This document shows, piece after piece, positions 1-8,420 of a stretch of 64,000 nucleotides of DNA. This DNA is from Candidatus Saccharimonadota bacterium. GTDB lineage: Bacteria; Patescibacteriota; Saccharimonadia; Saccharimonadales; UBA10212. Under the pieces are notes generated by a model. It was not told the DNA's origin and searched no databases. It saw nothing but the letters and a program-made list of their open reading frames with translations. The stretch lies in the NCBI GenBank assembly GCA_013815775.1, contig JACDFN010000002.1, positions 64,717 through 128,716 of the forward strand, given 5' to 3'. The translations under genes were made by a program, and so were the position numbers. Position 1 is the first letter of the stretch; every line of letters starts with the position of its first letter.

Positions 1-843
1 ACGCAAAGCGTAGATTCCACGTCCTATTAAAACAAATCGTTTATCTTTTATAAGCTCGTTATGGATTGCTTGAGTGGTTACGTCTTTGCGCTTAAAGTCA
101 CTATCTTTAATGGCGCCTGCAATTTCACTAAAGTGCATGGGCTTACTGTGGTCATGCAAAATGACATAGATCTTATCGCGGATATTCTTAGGGTTAACCA
201 TTGGCCACTTAGTGAGCCCCCAGCGGTTATGAAGATTGGCTATATTTTTAGAGATACTTGCCAGCGCCTCCACGTGCTTCTTATCTTTATTACCAACTTT
301 TTCGGCAATGGCTTCAATACTGGTTGGTTCTCCAAGCTTTTTTACGGCTTCTATGATTTTACTTACATGCTCTCTGATAGTTTTTTCCGTATGCTCGGCG
401 GCTAGTCCCACGGAATGGAAAAAATGATCATTATCGTCTAATACCGCAACGGCCGGGCTTAAGTTTGCTAAAAAAGCTACTCTTGATTGATCAATTTTAG
501 AGTTCTCTTTCGTCAAACGTCCTGTAATATCGGTAATCCTAGCTACCTTACCCATTTCTACCAAGTGATTACTTAGTACTAAAGCAACCTGCTTCATGTA
601 GGGTAGATCTTCCTTAGCGGCCAACCTAAGTTTTGTGATCACGGCCTTTTCTAGTTGCCTAACCCGCTCACGGGTAATACCAAGTAGTTCACCGATCTGC
701 TCTAGTGTCTCCCTGCGATCGAACAGGCCAAATCGGCGAGCAATAATCTCTCGTTCTCTTTCACGCTCGATTGTACCAAGAATATCTTTTATTACTTTCT
801 CAATATCAAGCTGTTCTGGTTGTGCGGCGGAAGATTCTTCCAT
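1..843 (-). CDS. sigma-70 region-4-like HTH protein with C-terminal winged-helix (HARE-HTH-like) domain; 3' end cut by window edge
   Basis: Not in the ORF track because it runs off the left edge. My translation of the minus strand from the ATG (complement of 843-841) is open to position 1 (281 codons). It reads MEESSAAQPEQLDIEKV...RETLEQIGELLGITRERVRQLEKAVITKL (sigma region 4-type HTH), then ...IYVILHDHSKPMHFSEIAGAI...RFVLIGRGIYALR. The three + strand track ORFs here are low-complexity antisense shadows. Confidence 0.6.
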   Translation of the reverse strand, partial: MEESSAAQPEQLDIEKVIKDILGTIEREREREIIARRFGLFDRRETLEQIGELLGITRERVRQLEKAVITKLRLAAKEDLPYMKQVALVLSNHLVEMGKVARITDITGRLTKENSKIDQSRVAFLANLSPAVAVLDDNDHFFHSVGLAAEHTEKTIREHVSKIIEAVKKLGEPTSIEAIAEKVGNKDKKHVEALASISKNIANLHNRWGLTKWPMVNPKNIRDKIYVILHDHSKPMHFSEIAGAIKDSDFKRKDVTTQAIHNELIKDKRFVLIGRGIYALR

Positions 844-1055
844 GACTTATTGGTACCTGTTACAGAAATAATTTCTGTTGTTAAATTATGTATAACTATA
901 TAACTTATAGTTAGAAAAGTCAACACCTAGTTAACTAGGCTTATTGTATCACGTATTAGACGTAATGGCACAATCCGTTTATGTATATTTAACCTAGTAT
1001 TATTTTGTCAATCTGGAAATATTGTGGATAAATAGTGACAATTTCACAAAGTATA

Positions 1056-3335
1056 TTACCGGCGCTTTTTTCTAGGCGGGTTGGCTAATAATTTAAGGGC
1101 ATCTTTTTCGGTAATCTTCTTAGGGTCTGTAGCTTTTGGTATTTTTACGTTAATTTTACCGTCGGTAACATATGGACCGTAGGGGCCATTTAAAACCTGT
1201 ACCTCGCCGTAGTCGGCGAGTAGTTTTTTGCTATCAGCTTTTTGCTTAGAGATAATAACTTTTCGAGCCTCGGCCTCAGAAATTTTTAGGGGATCGTGTT
1301 CCTTGAGGCTAATAAAAGCAGATCCCACCTTGAGGTAAGGCCCAAAACGACCTATATTAGTTGTAATTTCTTCGTCTTTTAGGGTGTTGCCCACAATTCT
1401 CGGTAAGGCAAACATTGGTATTGCTTGCATCAAGGTAACATCGTCTAAAGTAGTCCCCTCAGGAAGAGGTGCAAAGTGGGGTTTTGGTGCCTCTTTGTCT
1501 TTTTTATCTTTCGGGGCCTCTCCGAGTTGCAGCACTGGACCGTACCGTCCGTAACGTACAAATACATTTTTGCCAGATTTGGGATCCTTTCCAAGTTTCC
1601 GCTCCTGGGATGCTTCTGCTCGGCTGACATTTTCAGACTTTTTAATTAGCGGATGAAAGTGCTTATAAAATTTGTCTAACATCTCCTTCCAGGTCAATTT
1701 ACCGTCGGCTATATCATCTAATTCACCCTCGGCATTAGCTGTAAAATCATAATCGATGACTGAGGCAAAGTTTTTTACTAAAAAGTCAGTTACAACTTCG
1801 GCGAGCTGGGTGGGTAGCAGCTTCGACTTATCGGCGCCAACTGTAGACATCTGAGAAAGTTCATCGACTTTTCCATTTTTAAGCACCAATTGATTCACCT
1901 TTCGGGGCTCGCCGTCCAAATCTTTCTTCTCTATGTATCCTCTGTCCTGGATAGTTCCAATAGTGGGTGCGTAGGTGCTGGGGCGGCCAATTCCTAGCTC
2001 TTCTAATTTTTTAACTAGGCTAGCTTCGGAGTAACGACTAGCGGGCCTAGTAAACGTTTCTAGAGCTTCCATTGACTTTAGAGGTAACTGTTGACCCTTT
2101 TCAATAGATGGCAGTATTTTATCGTCCTTGCCACCTCCATAAACCTTGAAGTAGCCGTCAAACACCAAGATCTCGCCGGTAGCTATAAACTTGTCTGTCC
2201 GGTCACTCATGGCAATAGTAGCCTCTGTACGCTGAACAGATGCTGGAGTCATTTGGCTAGCCAATGCCCGGCGCCATATTAGCTCGTATAGCTTTTTTTG
2301 ACCCGAGTCTGTACCAGCGCTTGGCTTATTAAAGTGCGTAGGCCTAATAGCTTCATGGGCCTGTTGAGCGGACTTACTCTTGGTTTTGTATTGGGTTGGC
2401 CGGCTATATTTTTCACCGTAGGTAGCAACTACGTATTCCTTAGCAGCGTTTACTGCCAGCTGAGACAGGTTGGTACTATCGGTACGCATATACGTTATAT
2501 GGCCATGCTCATACAACTTCTGGGCCACTGTCATGGTTTGTCTTACACTGTAGCCGAGCCTGCGGGAGGCTTCCTGTTGAAGGGTGCTAGTTGTAAAAGG
2601 CGCACCTGGTGATCTGCTGCCGGGTTTTTGTACAATGTCGTCGACTTGGAAAGTTGCTTTATTTGCAGAGAGGAGAAATTCGCGGGCATTTTTAGTGTTC
2701 CTAAGTTTCTTTTCTAGCTCAGCTTCTAGATTGTGTCCCCCGGCGTTAAACACTGCTGAAACTTTGAATGAACTCGCATGCTTAAAGTCCTTAATTTCTC
2801 GCTCACGCTCAACAATTAGACGAACAGCTACACTCTGTACCCTTCCAGCGCTAAGGCCTGTTCGAACCTTTTTCCACAGAACCGGACTAAGTTCATAACC
2901 GACCAGTCTGTCCAATATTCTGCGTGCTTGCTGGGCGTGTACAAGCTTAAGGTCAATAGTTCGGGGATTGGCTACAGCAGCAGTAATAGCTGGCTCTGTT
3001 ATTTCGTGAAAAACGATTCGCTTAGTTTTTTCCGGATCAATATCCAGTACCGCACAGACATGCCAAGCAATTGCTTCACCCTCCCGGTCTTCATCACTTG
3101 CCAGCCATACCGTGGCTGACTTGCTAGCTTTTCGCAGTTCAGCAGCTACCTTCTCCTTATCTTGACTTATCTGGTAAGTGGGCTTGAAGCCATTAGATAC
3201 ATCAACTCCTATATCTTTTTTGGGCAGGTCTCTAATGTGACCAAAACTGCTCATAACAGCAAAGTCCTTACCCAAATAGCGGGCTATAGTTTTGGCTTTA
3301 GCTGGGCTTTCTACGATAACAAGGTTTTTAGGCAT
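1056..3335 (-). CDS. topA: DNA topoisomerase I
   Basis: 759-aa ORF. TOPRIM N-terminus (LVIVESPAKAKTIARYLG, SDEDREGEAIAWH), type IA core with the ITYMRTDS active-site Tyr context, and a Lys-rich C-terminal tail. Confidence 0.95.
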   Translation of the reverse strand: MPKNLVIVESPAKAKTIARYLGKDFAVMSSFGHIRDLPKKDIGVDVSNGFKPTYQISQDKEKVAAELRKASKSATVWLASDEDREGEAIAWHVCAVLDIDPEKTKRIVFHEITEPAITAAVANPRTIDLKLVHAQQARRILDRLVGYELSPVLWKKVRTGLSAGRVQSVAVRLIVEREREIKDFKHASSFKVSAVFNAGGHNLEAELEKKLRNTKNAREFLLSANKATFQVDDIVQKPGSRSPGAPFTTSTLQQEASRRLGYSVRQTMTVAQKLYEHGHITYMRTDSTNLSQLAVNAAKEYVVATYGEKYSRPTQYKTKSKSAQQAHEAIRPTHFNKPSAGTDSGQKKLYELIWRRALASQMTPASVQRTEATIAMSDRTDKFIATGEILVFDGYFKVYGGGKDDKILPSIEKGQQLPLKSMEALETFTRPASRYSEASLVKKLEELGIGRPSTYAPTIGTIQDRGYIEKKDLDGEPRKVNQLVLKNGKVDELSQMSTVGADKSKLLPTQLAEVVTDFLVKNFASVIDYDFTANAEGELDDIADGKLTWKEMLDKFYKHFHPLIKKSENVSRAEASQERKLGKDPKSGKNVFVRYGRYGPVLQLGEAPKDKKDKEAPKPHFAPLPEGTTLDDVTLMQAIPMFALPRIVGNTLKDEEITTNIGRFGPYLKVGSAFISLKEHDPLKISEAEARKVIISKQKADSKKLLADYGEVQVLNGPYGPYVTDGKINVKIPKATDPKKITEKDALKLLANPPRKKRR

Positions 3336-3427
3336 AGGTTAGCTACGGTGCTTAATTTAATAATGATAAACGAAAAGCCGTTCAGACACCAAGACTACGC
3401 TACTTTAGGTGATTTTGGCAAAACAAA

Positions 3428-4297
3428 TCAAGCCTTTATCCATCGTCCATTTCCTTGGGCTCTAATATATCCGGATACTTCAAGAGTCGTTAGGGCCGAG
3501 TTAACCGAGGAACTAGTTAGTTTAGATTCTAACGCCAACTCCTCCTGTGAATGTGTACCTTTTGATATTAATTTAAACACTAACTCTATATGCGGAGCTC
3601 CACGAAAGACTTTTTGCTGCTTTCTTTCAGGATTTATACCTAAAGCAAAAAATACATCAGCGGCAGAGGTGACTGGTATGGCACCACTTTTTATTAAATT
3701 ATTGCAGCCTTCGCTCATAGCACTATTTATATTGCCGGGTACAGCCATGACTGTTTTGCCCTGTTCTAGAGCGAATTGAGCAGTATGGAGCGTACCACTG
3801 TTAGCCGCAGCCTCTGTGATCAGCAACAAGTCTGCCAAACCACTGACTATCCGATTTCGGGCTATAAAATTAACTTTAAAGACTTCAGAACCGGCTTGGC
3901 ACTCACTCGTTAGAGTACCTCCATTTGTTAAAATTGATTTCGCTAAGTTGTAATGAGCAGCAGGATATACTCGGTCTAGTCCAGTAGGTAACACAGCTAC
4001 GGTTGTTGCTCGTGCTTCCAGAGCAGCCCAGTGGGCTGTGGCATCAATCCCGTAAGCTAAACCGCTAATAATTGTCACGCCGGCTCTTCCTAGTTCACCA
4101 ACAAGATCCTGCGTAATTAATCGGCCATAAGAGCTAATTTTTCGGCTGCCAACAACCGCTACTTTAGGGCTGTTCATCCACTCACTAGGTGCCTTACCAA
4201 TATAGAACAAAGGATTTGGGGGTTTGTGGAGGTTAATTAAGCCAGGTGGGTAGCCGGGATCTTTAACCGTAAGTGCATTGACTTTATAAGGAAACAT
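3428..4297 (-). CDS. dprA: DNA processing protein DprA (Smf)
   Basis: 289 aa. DprA Rossmann-like core (VAVVGSRKISSYG, GLAYGIDATAH, GTLHTAQFALEQGKTVMAVPG) and a C-terminal winged-helix-like tail. Lies upstream of topA, a common arrangement. Confidence 0.9.
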   Translation of the reverse strand: MFPYKVNALTVKDPGYPPGLINLHKPPNPLFYIGKAPSEWMNSPKVAVVGSRKISSYGRLITQDLVGELGRAGVTIISGLAYGIDATAHWAALEARATTVAVLPTGLDRVYPAAHYNLAKSILTNGGTLTSECQAGSEVFKVNFIARNRIVSGLADLLLITEAAANSGTLHTAQFALEQGKTVMAVPGNINSAMSEGCNNLIKSGAIPVTSAADVFFALGINPERKQQKVFRGAPHIELVFKLISKGTHSQEELALESKLTSSSVNSALTTLEVSGYIRAQGNGRWIKA

Positions 4298-4306
4298 GTA
4301 AATATA

Positions 4307-4335
4307 TTGACTTTATGTAATTTTTTTGCTAAAAT
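4307..4335 (+). promoter_or_regulatory. sigma-70-type promoter (TTGACT-17 nt-TAAAAT)
   Basis: TTGACT at 4307-4312, exact 17-nt spacer, TAAAAT at 4330-4335. Points rightwards, away from dprA. Confidence 0.5.
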
Positions 4336-4341
4336 AGCAAT

Positions 4342-4721
4342 CCGTAAGCATGATTACCATGCTTGCCGCACCTTATACCCCCAAATCTAACAACATTGTT
4401 AGATTGTTTAAGAGCAGTTGGCTGTTCTTTAAGTTGTACCCTCCACTTAATCAGCCAAATACGATACCTGTACTCCTAAAAGTATACCTCGTGTAAATGC
4501 TCTTAAACAAACTAACCCCTTTAACTCGCCCAGCCAGTTTTTTTGAACTACGGTTGGGGTCCCCCAAGTGGGTAGCGGGTTCCATGTGAATGGAATGGTT
4601 TAGTTCTCGAACTACGACCGGCTCGAATGTACTTGCTTTTTCGCAGACTTCGCAGCTCCAGCAACGGTGGGTTGAAGGGTGTAATAGGCTCCGGCGGTGC
4701 CCACCCCCTCCGGAGCCTTTT
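4342..4721 (+). ncRNA. unclassified structured RNA or long cis-regulatory leader (candidate)
   Basis: Bounded by the promoter above and a GC hairpin plus T-run. No credible ORF. Local hairpins at 4346-4364 and 4384-4405. Long-range complementarity between CCCCCAA (4378-4384) and TTGGGG (4554-4559), and between CCACTT (4443-4448) and AAGTGG (4566-4571). Family not recognised. Confidence 0.4.
4687..4721 (+). terminator. rho-independent terminator-like hairpin
   Basis: GGCTCCGG (4687-4694), 15-nt loop, CCGGAGCC (4710-4717), then TTTT (4718-4721). The T-run exists only on the + strand. Confidence 0.55.
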
Positions 4722-4741
4722 AGGTTAGAATAGTAATTAGA

Positions 4742-5503
4742 ATGAACAGTAAAGAATTTACTCAGAATGCTTTTAAGGTTGCAGCTGAAGCAAAAACCCG
4801 CTCTGTTTCGCAGATGCTGGAAATTCGTCAACACCAGCCCCTAGTCAGCCGTCTCGGAAAAATTGCACTGGGTAAAAGTTTAGCAGCGTTTTATCCTCCT
4901 ACGCTTAACGGATACCCTATGCTTGGAGGAGGCTGTGAGCAAGTTGTGTACGCTTCTGATACCGAAGTACTTAAAGTGATAGGCCCGTCAGTAACTTTCA
5001 GTAAAAGAGAAGCCCGACAACAAGCAACCAAATCGCAACTAATTTTCGACGGGTCTCGCTCATATCTGGGCGGGCATTTACTAGAGACATCCTTTGAACC
5101 AATCGAACTTCGTGGCCTTTCAGCTACAATGGCAATTCAGCCCAGAATAACCGAAGGCCATGGTTATCAAAGTTCAGAAGAGGTTGCAGAAATGCTGGAC
5201 GAAGAATATAATTACGAACAACTATCCAGTCTTTATGAATCAATTTCCGAACTTCATAAAGACACCTCACTTTATCCAGATATCATTGGTCCAAATAACA
5301 TATATTTAACTACGGCAAATAATCAAGCGGAGTTAGTTATAGTCGACACTGAACTCATTACTCGAGAAGTTCAGTCCCGGCCTCTAGGCAAAACAGGAAA
5401 GACGGCGGGTGGAATCATTTTATCTAAGCTAATTTTTTGGCAAAGTAAATTACAAAACTCTAACCCAACACGTTCCTGGTCTGGGGAATCAATTTACCAC
5501 TAA
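4742..5503 (+). CDS. hypothetical protein with protein-kinase-like (PKL) fold motifs
   Basis: 253 aa. Gly-rich loop LGGGCEQVVY, candidate Lys in EVLKVIG, catalytic-loop-like YPDIIGPNNIYL (D..(+5)N), DFG-position IVDTEL. The start is uncertain; internal Met codons at 4814 and 4916 are possible. The 3' end overlaps pth convergently by 44 nt. Confidence 0.5.
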   Translation: MNSKEFTQNAFKVAAEAKTRSVSQMLEIRQHQPLVSRLGKIALGKSLAAFYPPTLNGYPMLGGGCEQVVYASDTEVLKVIGPSVTFSKREARQQATKSQLIFDGSRSYLGGHLLETSFEPIELRGLSATMAIQPRITEGHGYQSSEEVAEMLDEEYNYEQLSSLYESISELHKDTSLYPDIIGPNNIYLTTANNQAELVIVDTELITREVQSRPLGKTGKTAGGIILSKLIFWQSKLQNSNPTRSWSGESIYH

Positions 5504-6098
5504 AAATAAATTCATTAATAAACTCATTCGCCTCCCGATATATAAGTGTTAGGTTTTCTTGCTCTTGTTTAGTGAATTTACCAAGAACGAAATTTGTAGG
5601 CTCGGCTTTGTCGCTTGTCTCGCTTCCGATTCCTATACGCAGACGGTTAAAATCATCCCCTATATGCTGTATGAGAGACCCTACTCCATTGTGGCCAGCG
5701 TCGCTACCTCCTACCCTAGTCCTGAGCTGACCGAATTTAACAGCTAACTCGTCATAGATTGCCAGCGCACTAGAATTATAAACTCGGTAGAAATGTTGAA
5801 TCGCAACTGCTGCTTCCCCGCTATTGTTCATATATGTGGTCGGTTTGCATAAGATTACTCTAGTATGGCCCAGCGTCTTCACACTCATATGACATTTTAA
5901 GTCTTTTTTCGACACCCAGTCTGGGAAGTCGTTTGATTCGGCAAAGAAGTTCAGTGTTGCAAAACCGATATTATGCCTCGTCTCATTGTACTTAGCCTCT
6001 GGGTTGCCCAAACCGATGAGCAGTACGGTTTTATTAGCTCCTAGAGAGTAAAGTGGCAAAGAGTCACTAACTATTGGTTTCTTTTGAAATAGTGCCAT
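5460..6098 (-). CDS. pth: peptidyl-tRNA hydrolase
   Basis: 212 aa. Pth signature LLIGLGNPEAKYNETRHNIGF, plus ...GGSDAGHNGVGS... Confidence 0.9.
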   Translation of the reverse strand: MALFQKKPIVSDSLPLYSLGANKTVLLIGLGNPEAKYNETRHNIGFATLNFFAESNDFPDWVSKKDLKCHMSVKTLGHTRVILCKPTTYMNNSGEAAVAIQHFYRVYNSSALAIYDELAVKFGQLRTRVGGSDAGHNGVGSLIQHIGDDFNRLRIGIGSETSDKAEPTNFVLGKFTKQEQENLTLIYREANEFINEFIFSGKLIPQTRNVLG

Positions 6099-6116
6099 AT
6101 GTCTATTCTAGTCCCT

Positions 6117-7433
6117 TTAGTGTTTCTCTATAAACCAAAACATAATTGGCGTACCAGCCAGTGGCCAAACCTCTCGGAATTTACGCTCTAAATAGCGTCT
6201 ATAACTCCAATGCAAAAACTTAGTATGAGCCCCAAATATCTTAAAGCTAGGTAATCCGGTACCATCTTCTTGAACCATATAATTAAGTTTGGGCTGATAA
6301 CTTTTTAGGCCTGCCGGGGGGTGTTGGTCTACTACCTGGCGTAACCAACGGTTTAGCTCGGGAGTCGAAAACCGAGTTTTACGAGCAATATCAATTTCCA
6401 TAACCAAGTCGTAAATTTTGGGAACGTTTTGTCCTGTCACTGCGCTAGTGAAAACTAGTGGAGCCCAAGGGGCGAATGAATAATGGTAGGCAATTTGTGG
6501 TGCCAGGCGGTCCCGGCTAAAGCTATCCTTATCAAAATCGTCCCACTTGCTTACAATTAGTATCAAGCCCTTGCCGGCATCCTTAACCATGCCGGCGATT
6601 TTTTGGTCTAACTGAACATTTAATTCATTGGCGTCCATAAGCAGAAGCCCTATATCTGCTTGCTCTATGGCAGCAAGTGACCTAAGAACACTAAATTGCT
6701 CTACGCCGCGCTCTATCTTGCCGCTACGCCTTATGCCGGCCGTATCCATAAGTTCTATCTCTCGGTCATGATAGCGAATTACCGCTCTATTAACGTCCCG
6801 AGTAGTACCAGCATGCTGAGCAACAAGGGCTTGCTGTTTATGGCCCAAAGCATTAAAGAGTGATGATTTTCCAACATTCGGTCGACCCAGAAGGGCTATA
6901 CGTATTCTATCTTCATCTTCGGTTATTTTAGCGGTTGGAAGTTGCTTAATAATGATGTCAAGAAGATCATCGATTCCCCTTCTTTGTGTCGTACTAGTGG
7001 CTATTAGCGGTCTTATTCCTAGCTTTAGCCACTCCGTCAAGTCAGCCCTTCGATTCTTGTCAATTTTATTAACTACTAGCAGTACTGGCTTTTTACTTTT
7101 TAAGGCCATTTTAGCTACTTTGCGGTCTTCGTCTGTTATCTGAACATCCGCTTCCACTACAACTAAAATTAAATCGGCGCTTTCAGCAGACTGAGTAATC
7201 TGGTCTTGGATAGTTAATTCAAAATCATCTGCTGCTTGCTTCAACCCGGCGGTATCTACTAACCAAAAATTTTTAGATCCCCAGTTTGCTTTAGACGTCA
7301 CACTATCTCTGGTAGTACCAGGCTCGTCTGCAACAATCGCTTCTCGCCGCCCCAAAATAGAATTAAAAAGGCTGGATTTACCAACGTTGGCTCGGCCGAC
7401 TATAGCCACTATCGGGGCTGATTTAGTACTCAT
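6117..7433 (-). CDS. der: ribosome-associated GTPase Der (EngA)
   Basis: Two tandem P-loop GTPase domains (GRANVGKSSLFN and GRPNVGKSSLFN, DTAG motifs, NKID/SKWD) plus a KH-like C-terminus. The track start at 7472 lies inside the upstream terminator hairpin, so I prefer the ATG at 7433, which has TATAAT (7444-7449) 10 nt upstream. Confidence 0.9.
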   Translation of the reverse strand: MSTKSAPIVAIVGRANVGKSSLFNSILGRREAIVADEPGTTRDSVTSKANWGSKNFWLVDTAGLKQAADDFELTIQDQITQSAESADLILVVVEADVQITDEDRKVAKMALKSKKPVLLVVNKIDKNRRADLTEWLKLGIRPLIATSTTQRRGIDDLLDIIIKQLPTAKITEDEDRIRIALLGRPNVGKSSLFNALGHKQQALVAQHAGTTRDVNRAVIRYHDREIELMDTAGIRRSGKIERGVEQFSVLRSLAAIEQADIGLLLMDANELNVQLDQKIAGMVKDAGKGLILIVSKWDDFDKDSFSRDRLAPQIAYHYSFAPWAPLVFTSAVTGQNVPKIYDLVMEIDIARKTRFSTPELNRWLRQVVDQHPPAGLKSYQPKLNYMVQEDGTGLPSFKIFGAHTKFLHWSYRRYLERKFREVWPLAGTPIMFWFIEKH

Positions 7434-7459
7434 TACTTCGGTTATTATAGCTGGGCTAC

Positions 7460-7494
7460 AAAAAAACCGCACTCTTTAAAAGTTTAGTGCGGTT
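7460..7494 (-). terminator. rho-independent terminator after the response-regulator gene
   Basis: On the minus strand: AACCGCACT / AGTGCGGTT 9-bp stem (7465-7473 / 7486-7494), followed by a T7 run (complement of the A-run at 7460-7466). Lies 20 nt after the stop at 7514. Confidence 0.6.
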
Positions 7495-7513
7495 TTTAAT
7501 GGGTTATTTGCTG

Positions 7514-8347
7514 TTAGGCTTGAGTGTTGTCACCAGACCCTTGTGCGGGTCCAGTAGGGTTTTGAGAACCATCATCGGCGTGGCCGTCATCACCTGCTCC
7601 GTCAGTTGGAGGTGAACTCACTGGTGCATCGGTCCCTGGGACAGAAGTTCCTAGTCCGCCTTCACTGTTCGAGCTTGAATCTGAAGAAGAATCCTCATCT
7701 CCGGCTGGGGGTGATGACATTGTGGGTGCGCCACCTGCAAAATCGTTGACTTGCTGAGTTACTGTATCCTTTTCTTCCTCGGTGCTCTGTTGTTCATTGG
7801 CGTTTGCCGAGTCGCCGCTAGCTGGATTGCTGGACGGAGCATCTGCGCCGTCTGCTGGCTGATTAGTTGGTTGAGTGTTGTCGTCTTGCATAGTTCGCTC
7901 TCTTTCTTGCTTATTAATTATTGGCGAGGTCTCACCCGAATCCGTGGCGGGTGCAGGGGGCGTCCCTGCATCTGCCTGATCCGGCTGTAGTACCTCGCGT
8001 ACTACGCGGACGAAATCCTCCAGTGTTACCTGGGATTTCACTAAATACTTTATCACGCCAAGACTCTCGCCGCGAGTCCTATCTTCAGCCTGCCCCAGAG
8101 CGGTCATCATCACAACCTTGGTATCGCCCATTTCTGGGGCTGCCCTTAGAGTTTCTAGCATTTCAAACCCGCTCAATTTAGGCATCATTACGTCGGCGAT
8201 GATTAGATCTGGTTTTTCCTTCATAGCGACCACCAGTGCTTCTTCACCATCGCTAGCAGTTACAGTTTTATAGTTCTCTGCTTGCAGACGCATTTCAAAA
8301 ATTTCACGCAGGTTGTTATCGTCTTCTACTAACAGTATTTTAGGCAT
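7514..8347 (-). CDS. response regulator: REC domain fused to a ~150-aa low-complexity acidic Pro/Ser/Gly/Thr-rich tail
   Basis: 277 aa. Residues 1-120 are a canonical receiver (ILLVEDD, DLIIADVMMP, VVMMTALG). The remainder (QPDQADAGTPPAPATDSGETS...SSSDSSSNSEGG...) has no recognisable output domain. Confidence 0.8.
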   Translation of the reverse strand: MPKILLVEDDNNLREIFEMRLQAENYKTVTASDGEEALVVAMKEKPDLIIADVMMPKLSGFEMLETLRAAPEMGDTKVVMMTALGQAEDRTRGESLGVIKYLVKSQVTLEDFVRVVREVLQPDQADAGTPPAPATDSGETSPIINKQERERTMQDDNTQPTNQPADGADAPSSNPASGDSANANEQQSTEEEKDTVTQQVNDFAGGAPTMSSPPAGDEDSSSDSSSNSEGGLGTSVPGTDAPVSSPPTDGAGDDGHADDGSQNPTGPAQGSGDNTQA

Positions 8348-8420
8348 GTAAATGTTTAGAACTCTCGGTTATTTTATGCTTATGCTAAATATAATTGTAG
8401 CATATTCTCATTAGACTTAA

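Noticed and set aside
61-871. Track ORFs 61..405, 236..427 and 635..871 on the + strand
   Set aside because: They are low-complexity, Ser/Phe/Ile-rich translations lying antisense to a much better minus-strand ORF (1..843) that has a clear sigma region-4 HTH. I treat them as shadow ORFs.
4451-4834. 127-aa minus-strand ORF across the dprA / kinase-like intergenic region
   Set aside because: It overlaps the start of the + strand gene and runs antisense to a promoter/terminator-delimited unit. It contains a GGGG/Cys-rich odd composition and has no SD or promoter. It is more likely noise over a structured RNA.
4342-4860. tmRNA (ssrA) or T-box leader identity for the 4.3-4.7 kb element
   Set aside because: Some strings are suggestive: GGGGCTGG on the minus strand near 4853, CGAAAAAGC, CTTAATCAGCC, and a GGGTGGGCACCGC string resembling the T-box core. 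However, I could find no T-arm (GGTTCGAnTCC), no acceptor-stem partner with a CCA end and no plausible tag reading frame. The T-box-like string is at the wrong end and on the wrong strand relative to any regulated gene.
7434-7472. N-terminal extension of Der (track start at 7472)
   Set aside because: The extra 13 codons (MRFFCSPAIITEV) are the read-through of the upstream terminator hairpin and T-run. The ATG at 7433 gives the canonical Der N-terminus and has a -10 box upstream.
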